DNA of 64,000 nucleotides from contig CAVVHS010000006.1 of the NCBI GenBank assembly GCA_963748215.1, positions 416,001-480,000 of the forward strand, in the 5' to 3' direction. The notes beneath the pieces are model-generated. The model saw only the letters and a program-made list of their open reading frames with translations. It did not search any database and was not told the origin of the DNA. Source of the stretch: an uncultured Gammaproteobacteria bacterium. GTDB taxonomy: Bacteria > Pseudomonadota > Gammaproteobacteria > UBA9214. Made by a program: the position numbers and the translations under genes. Within the stretch, counting starts at the first letter, position 1. Each line of letters opens with the position of its first letter. Shown in pieces: positions 21,259 through 30,350 of this stretch.

Positions 21259-22212
21259 CTAGCGCGTTATCTGAATGGGAATGCCGCTTTTTTCCTCCAC
21301 GGCCTGACGCAGGGCGGCACCGCTCAGGCTCAGGCGACGGTCCGCGTTCAGGGCGGGTGAGTCCGGTTGTTCCGCGAGCATGTCGGCAACGGCGTCCAGT
21401 ACGCGTTGCAGGTAATCCTGGTAGAGCGGTTCATCTTCCTCCAGTGGCGGATGCAGTTCCAGAAACAGCGCGCCGGCCAGCCAGCCCAGCTTGATCGGCT
21501 GGTTGACCAGAGTGACCTGGGTACCGACCGGTATGTCGGCGAACAGGCCCTCGATGTCTTCCGGATACATGCGAATGCAGCCATGCGTCACGCGCATGCC
21601 GACACCGTAGGGTTTGTTGGTGCTGTGTATCAGGTACCCGGGTATTCCCAGCCGCATGGCAAAGCGCCCCAGCGGATTGTCCGGACCGCCGGGTATGACA
21701 TCCGGCAATACCCGGCCATCGGCCAGTGCCTCCTGCTTGATGGATTCGGGCGGTGTCCAGCTCGGGTCGGTCTGCTTGCTGATAATCGAGGTTTTGCCCA
21801 GCGGCGAACGCCAGTCCATGCGGCCGACGCTGATCGGGTGTGTGATCATGGTCTGTTGCTGGCCGGGTTTGGTCCTGGGGAAATAATACAGCCGCATTTC
21901 CGGCAGGTTGATCACCACGCCGCGGCGATCGGCCCTGGGCAGCACGTAGCGGCTCGGGATGATCACGCGCGAGTTGTCCTTGGGCATCCAGCGGTCGACG
22001 TCAGGGTTGGCCAGCAGGATCTCGTTCTGGCCGATGTCATAGCGGCGTGCGATATCGAGCAAGGTGTCGTTGCGCCCGGCGCTGGTGAACTCCAGGCGAC
22101 CGATGACACCCACGTCACCGGGAGGCAGTAAAAAGGTTTCGGCCACAGCCGTCGGGCTGGTGATCAGCCAGCACAGCCATATCAGCAGCAAGCGCTTCGA
22201 GACACCTTTCAT
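21259..22212 (-). CDS. L,D-transpeptidase, ErfK/YcfS-type with LysM-like N-domain
   Basis: DTLLDIARRYDIG..ANPDVD, INLPEMRLYY, GPDNPLG, YLIHSTN, RVTHGCIRM. Confidence 0.92.
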   Translation of the reverse strand: MKGVSKRLLLIWLCWLITSPTAVAETFLLPPGDVGVIGRLEFTSAGRNDTLLDIARRYDIGQNEILLANPDVDRWMPKDNSRVIIPSRYVLPRADRRGVVINLPEMRLYYFPRTKPGQQQTMITHPISVGRMDWRSPLGKTSIISKQTDPSWTPPESIKQEALADGRVLPDVIPGGPDNPLGRFAMRLGIPGYLIHSTNKPYGVGMRVTHGCIRMYPEDIEGLFADIPVGTQVTLVNQPIKLGWLAGALFLELHPPLEEDEPLYQDYLQRVLDAVADMLAEQPDSPALNADRRLSLSGAALRQAVEEKSGIPIQITR

Positions 22213-22341
22213 GTCATCCAGACCGGGCACCGTGGCCGCTTTGGATGCGTACATGGCCTGCTTCCTGGTAATACCGTCACTATTCATTAGTTCGTGTAAT
22301 GTATATTATGTTAAATAGAATAAATACCGGTACCGGGGCCG

Positions 22342-23349
22342 TTACAGCCAGTCCGTCAGGCTGACCCCTATCCCGATGCTGTTCACGTTGTGGTTGTAAT
22401 CGATCAGGCTTTCTCCGTAGCCGTTGAACCACTGGATATACCCGTCAAAGTGCCTGATAAAGGGAAAATTCCAGTCGACCTGTACTGCGCCGTGCATGTC
22501 AGAGCGCAGGTTGTTGCGCAGCATGATGTTCAATGAGTGTTTTTTGTGCGTAAAGACGTTGAGAAGTTCAAAATAACCCATGTACTCATCGATATCCGGA
22601 TTGTCATCCTTGCTGTCGTCTTCAGGGATACGCCACCAGGTCTTCAGTGCGCCGGCGTAGCGGCCATTCTCGAAGATGAATTCGGCAAACAGCCGGTTCC
22701 AGCTGCGTGACAGGCCGGCGCCCTGACCATTGGACTGGTGGTTGAAACCGAAGCGAACAGCCCGGTTGCGAAAGCCGAGAAAATTCCATTGGTTGTTCCA
22801 GGAAAACCATAGCTCGGGCTCATGGTTGGTTTCCCGGAACGGTGACGAGGCGGCCTGGTCATAGACCTGCCAGAACGAGCGGTTGGTGTAGGCGGCATAG
22901 ATATCACCCCCGTTGTCGCCAAGCAGTCCCTCGATCAACGGGAATTTCATGCTGACCTGGAACTTGGTCTCGGTATCCTTGCCGACGTTCGTGCCTAGAC
23001 CGGTCGTATTGATTCCACTGGTATCGTAGGCCGCGATCAGGATGTAGTTCGGCTTGTGTGCCGTAATGGCGAAGCGGTTGTCACGGATACTCAGTTCTTT
23101 CAGGTAGCGACGATCGATGGCAGTATAGGTGTGACCGTTCTCCTGTTCTGATTGAATCGCCTGCTGCTTGTGCCGGCAACTGCGTTTGAGTTCGCCAATC
23201 GTCGTTGTATCGCTGGCCTCCTCCATGGCCTCGGCCAGGCACGCGCTCATCGAAAACGGGGTTTCCACCGCCGCAGTCCCGCCCGACAACAGGCAGCCCG
23301 CCAGCAGCAATATAATCCTGCTGCTGTTGTTGTGCGTGCGACTGTACAT
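22342..23349 (-). CDS. pldA: Outer-membrane phospholipase A
   Basis: KFQVSMK, SPFRETNHEPE, HQSNG..SRSWNR, GYGESLIDYN. Confidence 0.92.
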   Translation of the reverse strand: MYSRTHNNSSRIILLLAGCLLSGGTAAVETPFSMSACLAEAMEEASDTTTIGELKRSCRHKQQAIQSEQENGHTYTAIDRRYLKELSIRDNRFAITAHKPNYILIAAYDTSGINTTGLGTNVGKDTETKFQVSMKFPLIEGLLGDNGGDIYAAYTNRSFWQVYDQAASSPFRETNHEPELWFSWNNQWNFLGFRNRAVRFGFNHQSNGQGAGLSRSWNRLFAEFIFENGRYAGALKTWWRIPEDDSKDDNPDIDEYMGYFELLNVFTHKKHSLNIMLRNNLRSDMHGAVQVDWNFPFIRHFDGYIQWFNGYGESLIDYNHNVNSIGIGVSLTDWL

Positions 23350-23368
23350 GAGCGATCAGGCTGTTCCG

Positions 23369-24010
23369 TTATTGATGCTGGCTGCGTTCAAGGGCATTAA
23401 GCAGGACAGCGCCCGCCGACTCCTCGTCGATGCCGAATGCGATGACACCATCTTCATGACCGCCCATAACGAAGATCGATGACCTCCTGAGATCCATTTT
23501 CCTGAACAGGCGCGCTACTTCGGCTGCGATTTCCGGTGTGCCGTAGGCGACGGCAGGATCCGAGCAAGCCAGGCCAAGTCGGTGCACTGCATGCCAAATG
23601 GCTGGAGAATGTACATGAAAAACGACGTTTATGTCATCATCCTGGCTGTAGAACGTGCCGTGAGTCAGTGCTTCCGATGATGGCCTGACCGGACCGCGCG
23701 CTATGACACGGTTGCGCTGTACGTCCCAGTCTGTCACTACGCAGTAATGTCTGGCGTCGAGCCGGGCCAGCGCCCCGGTTTGCGTGCCGCTGATAATGAA
23801 CCGGGGGTGTCCTGCGGGCGTGTCCGGCGCCTCGATCCGCCGGCTGACATTGCCGTATCCGGCACCGCCGTATCGTCCCGCCTGCTGCCCGATCAGCTGC
23901 AGTTGCCAGAGCCGGTTGCGCCATGCATTCAGCGCTGCCGGTGGTGTCGGGTCTTCGGGTTCTGCATATGTATAGCGCAGATCGAATTTGATGACACCCT
24001 CATCCGGCAT
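23369..24010 (-). CDS. Class II aldolase/adducin family protein
   Basis: GNVS, PSSEALTH, HVHS, GHEDG metal-binding pattern. Confidence 0.8.
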   Translation of the reverse strand: MPDEGVIKFDLRYTYAEPEDPTPPAALNAWRNRLWQLQLIGQQAGRYGGAGYGNVSRRIEAPDTPAGHPRFIISGTQTGALARLDARHYCVVTDWDVQRNRVIARGPVRPSSEALTHGTFYSQDDDINVVFHVHSPAIWHAVHRLGLACSDPAVAYGTPEIAAEVARLFRKMDLRRSSIFVMGGHEDGVIAFGIDEESAGAVLLNALERSQHQ

Positions 24011-24016
24011 GCCCGT

Positions 24017-24460
24017 TTACTGTGCCTGCGAATAGGCTTGCCGTATGCGCTCTACCCGCCTGCGATTGACGCCCAGGTCGCTGTAACCGGTGCGTGAGGC
24101 GGAGCGCACGTGAATCCGGCTGTGCTCAGGGTCCAGCAGAAATTCGACGTCATCCACAAAACGGAAAACCAGGCTGCGCGCTTCGATATGCAGGTAGTTT
24201 TCCCGTTCCGTAACCACGTCGACGCGTTTTTCGGCGGTCAGTGCCAGCCTGAGCCGGCGCATTGCATCGCGGGCGGAGCCGGAGTACGTAAACGGTTCTA
24301 TCCTGTGTGCCGCATCGCTGGCCTGACTTGAAACGCAGTTCGGCTTGTCCGGGCAATCGGGCAGCGATGCTGGTGCTGGTGCGGACATGGCTTGCATGCT
24401 GAATAGGATTAGTAAGAGTCCAGTAATAAAAAGTCGCGAATCAGCGTAGTGAAGGTTCAT
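24017..24460 (-). CDS. DUF1499 family protein
   Basis: CPDKPNCVSS, FRFVDDVEF, RSASRTGYSDLGVNRRRVE; start uncertain. Confidence 0.88.
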   Translation of the reverse strand: MNLHYADSRLFITGLLLILFSMQAMSAPAPASLPDCPDKPNCVSSQASDAAHRIEPFTYSGSARDAMRRLRLALTAEKRVDVVTERENYLHIEARSLVFRFVDDVEFLLDPEHSRIHVRSASRTGYSDLGVNRRRVERIRQAYSQAQ

Positions 24461-24595
24461 GTGGCAATGATACAGCCGCCACGCGGGTCGATCCATTACC
24501 CTGAATCGCCGGGGAGGCAGTGTAGTTCAAGCCGGTTTCCTGCTCGCCAGCGGTGCAGCTGTTCTCCTGGCAGGCTGCGCCGGCGGGTCGTCTCG

Positions 24596-25096
24596 TCAGC
24601 GATAGCGGCCGGCGGCGATAAAACGCGCCTGCCAGTACGGGTCATTCATGGTGGTAAAGGATACCCGTTTCCCGCTGGACGGCGCATGGATGAAGCGATC
24701 GTTGCCGGTGTAGATACCCACGTGCGAGACCGGACCGCGGCCGAGCCTGAAGAATACCAGGTCACCGGGCTGGAGCTGGTTCGACGGCACACGATGGGCA
24801 TTGCGCAGTTGAGCACTGGTAGTGCGCGGCACCCGGATGCCGGCCTTGCGGTATGAGTAATACACCAGTCCGCTGCAATCGAAGCCGCGTGGCGTTGCAC
24901 CACCGTATCGGTAGGGTGTGCCGACCTGTGCGGCCGCAATACGGGCACCGGGGTGCTGGTGCGACTTGCTGCCGACCTGTGCCGATGGCTGGCGTGCCGG
25001 GTAGGAAGGCTCCGAGGCGCAGCCACCAAGGGCCACGGCCAGTAGCAGCGCGGCAACCGGCGACAAACGTGAGAATCGACCTGAGGAAAAACCCAT
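24596..25096 (-). CDS. NlpC/P60 lipoprotein endopeptidase
   Basis: Lipobox LGGC, GTPYRYGG, GFDCSGL, HVGIY, FIHAPS. Confidence 0.93.
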   Translation of the reverse strand: MGFSSGRFSRLSPVAALLLAVALGGCASEPSYPARQPSAQVGSKSHQHPGARIAAAQVGTPYRYGGATPRGFDCSGLVYYSYRKAGIRVPRTTSAQLRNAHRVPSNQLQPGDLVFFRLGRGPVSHVGIYTGNDRFIHAPSSGKRVSFTTMNDPYWQARFIAAGRYR

Positions 25097-25155
25097 AACC
25101 TACTCCGGTATTTATACCTTCCGGATACGAGGTTATCGGCCTACTCGAAATCGTC

Positions 25156-25950
25156 TTAACTTCCTCCCGGCGCTGCGCGGCCCTGCCCCCGCCTGAATTT
25201 ACCCTCGCGCAGGAACGCGAGTACCTGGGCGATGACGATGTCGTCGCGCATAATGAAGGTGTGGCTGCTGTCGACCACGAGGAAATCGGTCATTTCGGCA
25301 AGTTTTGCATGTTCAACCGACACCTTGCCGTCGTCCTCACCCGGAATCATGGGCGAGAACCAGGGGTCGAGACTGCGGGTGCCGGTGATGATGCCGATCT
25401 CGCCGGGGATCGGCGCGAGTCGCAATGGCAGGCTGTTGACCCCGGTGCCCAGCTGCTGGCCGGAGGGGCCGGTGGCGAAGCGGAATACGGCATGATCCTG
25501 CAACTGGTCGGCGACTTCGCTGCCCTGGTTGGGCGGGCTCAGCATGACGATACGGCCAAGATGATCGATAGGCGTATCCTGCAGGTACTGCCGTACCAGA
25601 ATGCCGCCCAGAGAATGCGTGACGAAGTGAATCCTGCCAGCCTGTTGCGATTCGCAATACGCCAACCCGTCATTAATGGCGCTGGCAGCCAGCCATTCGA
25701 TATCTGCTGCCCGTGACGGGTAGCCGCTGTTCCACACGCAGTAACCGGCCCCGGACAGCGCATCCTCGATGGCGCCCATGGAAAACGCGCTGCGTCCCAG
25801 TCCGTGCAGTACGATGACGCATTCCCGGTCTGAGCTATCAGTCGCCAGTACGGGGATGGCCGACAGTGTCAGCAGAAATGAAACAAGCAGGAAACACAGT
25901 GTCGTCGCAGCGCACGCCGCAGCGGTACGGCGCGGCTGGCTACCCGGGGT
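25156..25950 (-). CDS. Secreted alpha/beta hydrolase (lipase/esterase-like); start uncertain
   Basis: LHGLGRS, THSLGG nucleophile elbow, PPNQGS, DDGKVSV, HTFIM. Confidence 0.8.
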   Translation of the reverse strand, partial: TPGSQPRRTAAACAATTLCFLLVSFLLTLSAIPVLATDSSDRECVIVLHGLGRSAFSMGAIEDALSGAGYCVWNSGYPSRAADIEWLAASAINDGLAYCESQQAGRIHFVTHSLGGILVRQYLQDTPIDHLGRIVMLSPPNQGSEVADQLQDHAVFRFATGPSGQQLGTGVNSLPLRLAPIPGEIGIITGTRSLDPWFSPMIPGEDDGKVSVEHAKLAEMTDFLVVDSSHTFIMRDDIVIAQVLAFLREGKFRRGQGRAAPGGS

Positions 25951-26027
25951 GTGACGGCGCTTGCGGCCCAGTCTCGAATATGATTGATATATGAACTCTA
26001 TAATATTGTTTATATTATAAATACTTG

Positions 26028-26507
26028 TCATGGTCTGTGCGCTTGCAGGCAGCGGCATATCTGCGCCGCCCGTTGCGGCAGGCCATGCATTGCATAGTGG
26101 CTGTAGCATTCATCCACAGCAGTGCGGAATGCCTCGATGCCATCCAGAGCCCTGTTGCCCAGATTATCCACGCTCGGTGCAAAGGGAATGCCCAGTGCCA
26201 CGCAGAAATGTTTCTCGACGGCCTGGGGTGTCACCTCGACCTGGAAAAACTGTTGCTGCTGCGCATTGGTACGGCCATCCGGCGCATACCAGTAGCCATA
26301 GTCATCCTGCCGCCGGCGTGCCTCCCCTGCCACACACCAGTGTGCGAGTTCGTGCAGCGCGCTGCGCGTGTAGTCATGCGTGAACCTGATTTCGGCCGGC
26401 TCGTCAGTGCGGAAAGCCAGATAGAACGGTTCATCGAAACCGCCAACCAGGCGGGTGCGAAAGGCTGATAATACCGTGTCGTTCAGGGCTGCGATCCAGT
26501 CAGGCAT
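26028..26507 (-). CDS. epmC: Elongation factor P hydroxylase
   Basis: GGFDEPFY, SALHELAHWCVAG..RR.DDYGYWYAPDGR, FFQVEVTPQAVE. Confidence 0.85.
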   Translation of the reverse strand: MPDWIAALNDTVLSAFRTRLVGGFDEPFYLAFRTDEPAEIRFTHDYTRSALHELAHWCVAGEARRRQDDYGYWYAPDGRTNAQQQQFFQVEVTPQAVEKHFCVALGIPFAPSVDNLGNRALDGIEAFRTAVDECYSHYAMHGLPQRAAQICRCLQAHRP

Positions 26508-26633
26508 GGCTGGTTGGTCTTGTCGTGTCGATTTGCCGGGGTCGAGCCATTATCGCCACGGACCTGGGCGAGTCAATTGCTGTTCGACGGTACGATGTAT
26601 AATACCGCTTGTTTCCTGAACGGGGTTCAATGC

Positions 26634-26822
26634 ATGAGTGGCGTGACTCCATACCGCGAAATACAGGAGCTGGCAGGCAAATTGCCGGCACTGCAGGCAC
26701 GCGAGGATATCATCGAGGCGCTTGATCGGGCGGAATACCTGTTCGAGGTGATACCGCCCGAGTTGCAGGAGCCGGTCGAACAGCTCATTGCCGAGCTGCG
26801 TCGGAAGTTGCAGACTGCCTGA
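26634..26822 (+). CDS. Small helical hypothetical protein (62 aa)
   Basis: ORF filling the gap, plausible amphipathic helices (ALDRAEYLFEVIPPELQEPVEQLI). Confidence 0.6.
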   Translation: MSGVTPYREIQELAGKLPALQAREDIIEALDRAEYLFEVIPPELQEPVEQLIAELRRKLQTA

Positions 26823-26825
26823 GTG

Positions 26826-27263
26826 CTATGCGCCGTGTGTTGTCACCCAGCGCACGATATCGGCAGTACTCATTGCACCCGGCTGGCGTGCGAGTTCGCG
26901 ACCATTAAGGAAAAGGGCCAGGGTCGGGATGCTCTGAATGCGGAACTGGGTGGCAATGCCCTGCTCGTTCTCGGTGTTGAGTTTGGCGAGTCGGGCGCGC
27001 GGTTCCAGTTGCGCGGCAGCCTGCTCGAACGCCGGGGCCATCACCTTGCAGGGCCCACACCAGGGTGCCCAGAAATCGACCACGACGGGTATGTCGCTGC
27101 GACTGATGTGTTGCTGGAAATTGCTGCTGTTCAGTTCCAGCGGGTGGGCGGTAAACAGCTGCTGGTGGCATTTGCCGCAGCCGGGGTGATCGGCCAGCCG
27201 GCGCATTGCCACGCGGTTTACCGCGTGGCAATGCGGGCAGACAATGTGCTTGGAGTCACTCAC
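26826..27263 (-). CDS. trxC: Thioredoxin 2 (zinc-finger thioredoxin)
   Basis: CPHC..CGKC N-terminal zinc site plus WAPWCGPC. Confidence 0.93.
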   Translation of the reverse strand: MSDSKHIVCPHCHAVNRVAMRRLADHPGCGKCHQQLFTAHPLELNSSNFQQHISRSDIPVVVDFWAPWCGPCKVMAPAFEQAAAQLEPRARLAKLNTENEQGIATQFRIQSIPTLALFLNGRELARQPGAMSTADIVRWVTTHGA

Positions 27264-27351
27264 GTTGTAATCCTGTGGTAATTGTCATATCCGGGTCATA
27301 TGGTGGCGGTGATTGTTGATATCAAGCCCGTCCATTCGGGTTTGCGTGCGG

Positions 27352-27864
27352 CTAGCGTATTCCCGCCCACCACAGCCGAAGGCGCAGCCCGATACCGGTG
27401 GTGAAGCCCATCTCGACAAAGCGGATGTTGCCACCGGCATCGAGGATATAACTGGTTGGTACCCCGCGAATCGCATACTGGCGGGAAATGGACAAATCCC
27501 GGTCGTGGATGACGGGATAATCGACCGCCTTTTCCTTCATGTAGTCAATAATTTCCTCTGCCGAAGCCTCGTCCATGGCTATGCCAAGAACGGGGTAATC
27601 GCGGGCAAGTGCATCGATGGTGCCCTGCTCCAGGCCGCAGATCGGGCACCAGGTTGCCCAGAAATGCAGCAATGCCGGCCTGCCCCTGAGGTCGACAAGC
27701 GATGCGTGGGTGCCGTCGAGCAGCGTACCGGCGAATTCCGGCGCCGGCCCGGACGGCGCATCGCGTGTATGCCAGGCATTCAGCGCCAGCAGCAGCGCGA
27801 TGAGCGCCACTGTCTCGAGCAGCCAGCGCGGCCATCGACGCTTTTTCCGGGTGGTAGTATCCAT
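27352..27864 (-). CDS. Membrane-anchored TlpA/redoxin-family disulfide oxidoreductase
   Basis: N-terminal TM, FWATWCPIC, GVPT cis-Pro loop. Confidence 0.87.
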   Translation of the reverse strand: MDTTTRKKRRWPRWLLETVALIALLLALNAWHTRDAPSGPAPEFAGTLLDGTHASLVDLRGRPALLHFWATWCPICGLEQGTIDALARDYPVLGIAMDEASAEEIIDYMKEKAVDYPVIHDRDLSISRQYAIRGVPTSYILDAGGNIRFVEMGFTTGIGLRLRLWWAGIR

Positions 27865-27934
27865 TGATGAAGGGCCGGATTACTGATCGGGTGCAACTGC
27901 GCGTCACAGGGCTATATACGGAAATCCGTACACA

Positions 27935-28351
27935 TCAAGCGTCATCCGGAACACCCTGCCAAAGCATCTGGTAGCCAAGTTCGTAGGTTTCGTCGCAAAA
28001 GTCCGCCAGTGCCTGGAATTTCTCCTTGAATATCCTGTCGGCGTGTGATTTTTCATGCTGGTCGAAGGACTGCCAGAAGGTGACGATCGCCAGTTCGCCC
28101 TGCTTTATCTTGGCGGCGGTAGCGTTCTCATCGGGGGGTGCGCCGACGCTCCCCTCCTCCGATACAAAACCCGAATATTTGTATACCTGTCCGGCGATGA
28201 AGCCGCCCTTGTCGTCTCCGTAGGTGTTCTTGACGACATTGCACATTTCGCCCAGTGCCAGTTCAACGTCCTCGACCGTGACGCCGTCTTTCAGGTCAAC
28301 CACATTGAACAGCATGACGCAGCCAAAGGGTATCTGAATGGGATGGTACAT
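27935..28351 (-). CDS. Conserved hypothetical protein, dimeric alpha+beta barrel-like; possible half-size sulfur oxygenase reductase relative
   Basis: RBS AGAAGGAG; motifs GEMCNVV, GGFIAG, FWQSFDQHEKSH, TYELGY. Confidence 0.7.
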   Translation of the reverse strand: MYHPIQIPFGCVMLFNVVDLKDGVTVEDVELALGEMCNVVKNTYGDDKGGFIAGQVYKYSGFVSEEGSVGAPPDENATAAKIKQGELAIVTFWQSFDQHEKSHADRIFKEKFQALADFCDETYELGYQMLWQGVPDDA

Positions 28352-28416
28352 GGCAGGTCTCCTTCTTGAATTTAGTTATGCCCATTGATTGAATCAGAGA
28401 TAAAAATCATGCATCG

Positions 28417-29196
28417 CTAGACCCGCAATTTTCTTCTTACCAGTACTACGGCGATATAGTAACTGACCAGTGCATAGCACAGTAGCACGCCGATGTTCAG
28501 CAGGGGCTGGTCAATTGGAGCACCTGCGACCAGCGCGCGGGTCAGTAGCACGGCATGGGTCAGTGGCAACAGATTGACGGCACCCTGTACTGATTCCGGC
28601 AGCGTGTCGATGGGATAGAATACACCGCAGAGTATAAACATCGGCGTAACAACCAGCACGAAGTAATAGTTGAAAAAATCGTAATTGCTCGCCAGCGCCG
28701 ACATGATCATGGCCGGACCCGCAAAACACAAGCCTATCAGGAATACCACTGGCAAAACCCATAGCGATTGCCAGCCGGCAACCACGCCCAGGGCAGTGGC
28801 CACAGCAAGAATGGCCATGCCGCTGAACAGGCTCTTCGTGCCGCACCAGAGCATTTCGCCGGTGAGTATGTCATCAACTTCGACCGGTGTGGCGAGAATC
28901 GCCTCGTAGGTTTTCTGCGGCACCATACGCGTGAATACCGAGTACATGCCTTCAAAACTGGCGGTTGTCATGGCGCTAGAGGCAATGATGCCGGAGGCCA
29001 GGAATGCCAGGTAGGGCATGCCGGCCATCTCGCCCACGAAGTGTCCAAGGCCAAAGCCGAGGCCTAGCAGATAGAGCGTTGGCTCACCGAAATTCATCAA
29101 CAGCGCCGGGATAAACAGCTTGCGCCATACCAGGATGTTGCGTCGCCAGACCATCAGGGCGCCGGGCCGGATACGCGGTAGTCGCAGATCGGTCAT
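28417..29196 (-). CDS. ABC-2 exporter permease (NodJ-like)
   Basis: VWRRN, EPTLYLLGLGFGLG, GVFYPI, LPLTHAV; multiple TMs. Confidence 0.88.
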   Translation of the reverse strand: MTDLRLPRIRPGALMVWRRNILVWRKLFIPALLMNFGEPTLYLLGLGFGLGHFVGEMAGMPYLAFLASGIIASSAMTTASFEGMYSVFTRMVPQKTYEAILATPVEVDDILTGEMLWCGTKSLFSGMAILAVATALGVVAGWQSLWVLPVVFLIGLCFAGPAMIMSALASNYDFFNYYFVLVVTPMFILCGVFYPIDTLPESVQGAVNLLPLTHAVLLTRALVAGAPIDQPLLNIGVLLCYALVSYYIAVVLVRRKLRV

Positions 29197-30131
29197 CAGT
29201 CGCGCAATTCCCGGCCGGTCAGGCGGAGGAATACATCCTCCAGCCCTGTGGGGCGATGCACGAACCTGAACGAGTGCCGGTGCGTGAGCTGTTCGATCAG
29301 GGCGGCGGCATTGTGCGTGTAGCAGTAAAGGCTGCTGCCCATGCGCTCCAGGCGACAGCCAGCTGTGCTCGCCAGTTGCTCGAATTCAATCGCCTTGCCG
29401 CGTACCTCGATGATCTCCGGTTCGACATGCCGGTCGATGAGTTCGCGTGGGGAACCCTGGGCAAGTATCCGTCCATGATCCATGATCACCAGTTCGTCAC
29501 ACAGGCGTTCGGCCTCTTCCATATAGTGAGTCGTCAGCAGCAATGTCTTGCCGCTGGCCTTGAGTTCACTCAGCCTGCCCCAGATTACGTGGCGAGCCTG
29601 TGGATCAAGACCGGTGGTCGGCTCGTCCAGCACTACCAGCTCCGGGTCGTTGATCAGTGCACGGGCTATGGTCAGCCGTCGCTGCATGCCGCCTGACAGG
29701 GTGGTGGTCTTTGCGCTGCGCCGGTCGGACAGCGAGACGAAGTCCAGCAAGGCATCGATGCGGGGGCTGACCTGTTTTCGTGTCAGTCCGAAAAAGGTGG
29801 CATAGACCCGCAGGTTTTCCTCGACGCTGAAATCAGGATCCAGGTTGTCAGCCTGCGGGACGATGCCGGTGCGGGCACGTATTGCGGCCGCGTGGTCGTT
29901 GACCGATAAACCGAAAACCGACAATGATCCGCTGCCCATGGGTGTCAGTCCCATGGTCATGCGCAGTGTAGTGGTCTTCCCTGCCCCGTTCGGGCCGACA
30001 AATCCGAAACAGCAACCTGGCTGTATATCGAAGTCGATATTGTCGACAGCAACGCGACTCGCGAAATGCTTGGTTAGACCCCGGGCGGAGATGATGGGTT
30101 GTGTGGCGCCGGATTCTGCAGTCAAGTTCAT
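29196..30131 (-). CDS. ABC exporter ATP-binding subunit (NodI-like)
   Basis: GPNGAGKTT, LSGGMQRR, LDEPTTGLDPQAR, TTHYMEEA, LEDVFLRLTGRELRD. Confidence 0.9.
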   Translation of the reverse strand: MNLTAESGATQPIISARGLTKHFASRVAVDNIDFDIQPGCCFGFVGPNGAGKTTTLRMTMGLTPMGSGSLSVFGLSVNDHAAAIRARTGIVPQADNLDPDFSVEENLRVYATFFGLTRKQVSPRIDALLDFVSLSDRRSAKTTTLSGGMQRRLTIARALINDPELVVLDEPTTGLDPQARHVIWGRLSELKASGKTLLLTTHYMEEAERLCDELVIMDHGRILAQGSPRELIDRHVEPEIIEVRGKAIEFEQLASTAGCRLERMGSSLYCYTHNAAALIEQLTHRHSFRFVHRPTGLEDVFLRLTGRELRD

Positions 30132-30350
30132 GACTGAGTATTCTAGCGTGTTACTGTGCCTGATTTACCACATGTGGAGGCTGTTGTTGTGCAATTCCCC
30201 CATGCAGCTGAGGCCTGTATTGAATGCGGGCCGGTCGCTATCAATCCGGTAGCGACGCCTGCACCCTATACCTGTTTTCCAATATTCACCCGGGCAGGCG
30301 GTGTAGGCCTGGCCGCATGGAAAACGGCCGGGCACATTGGTGCAGGTGTG

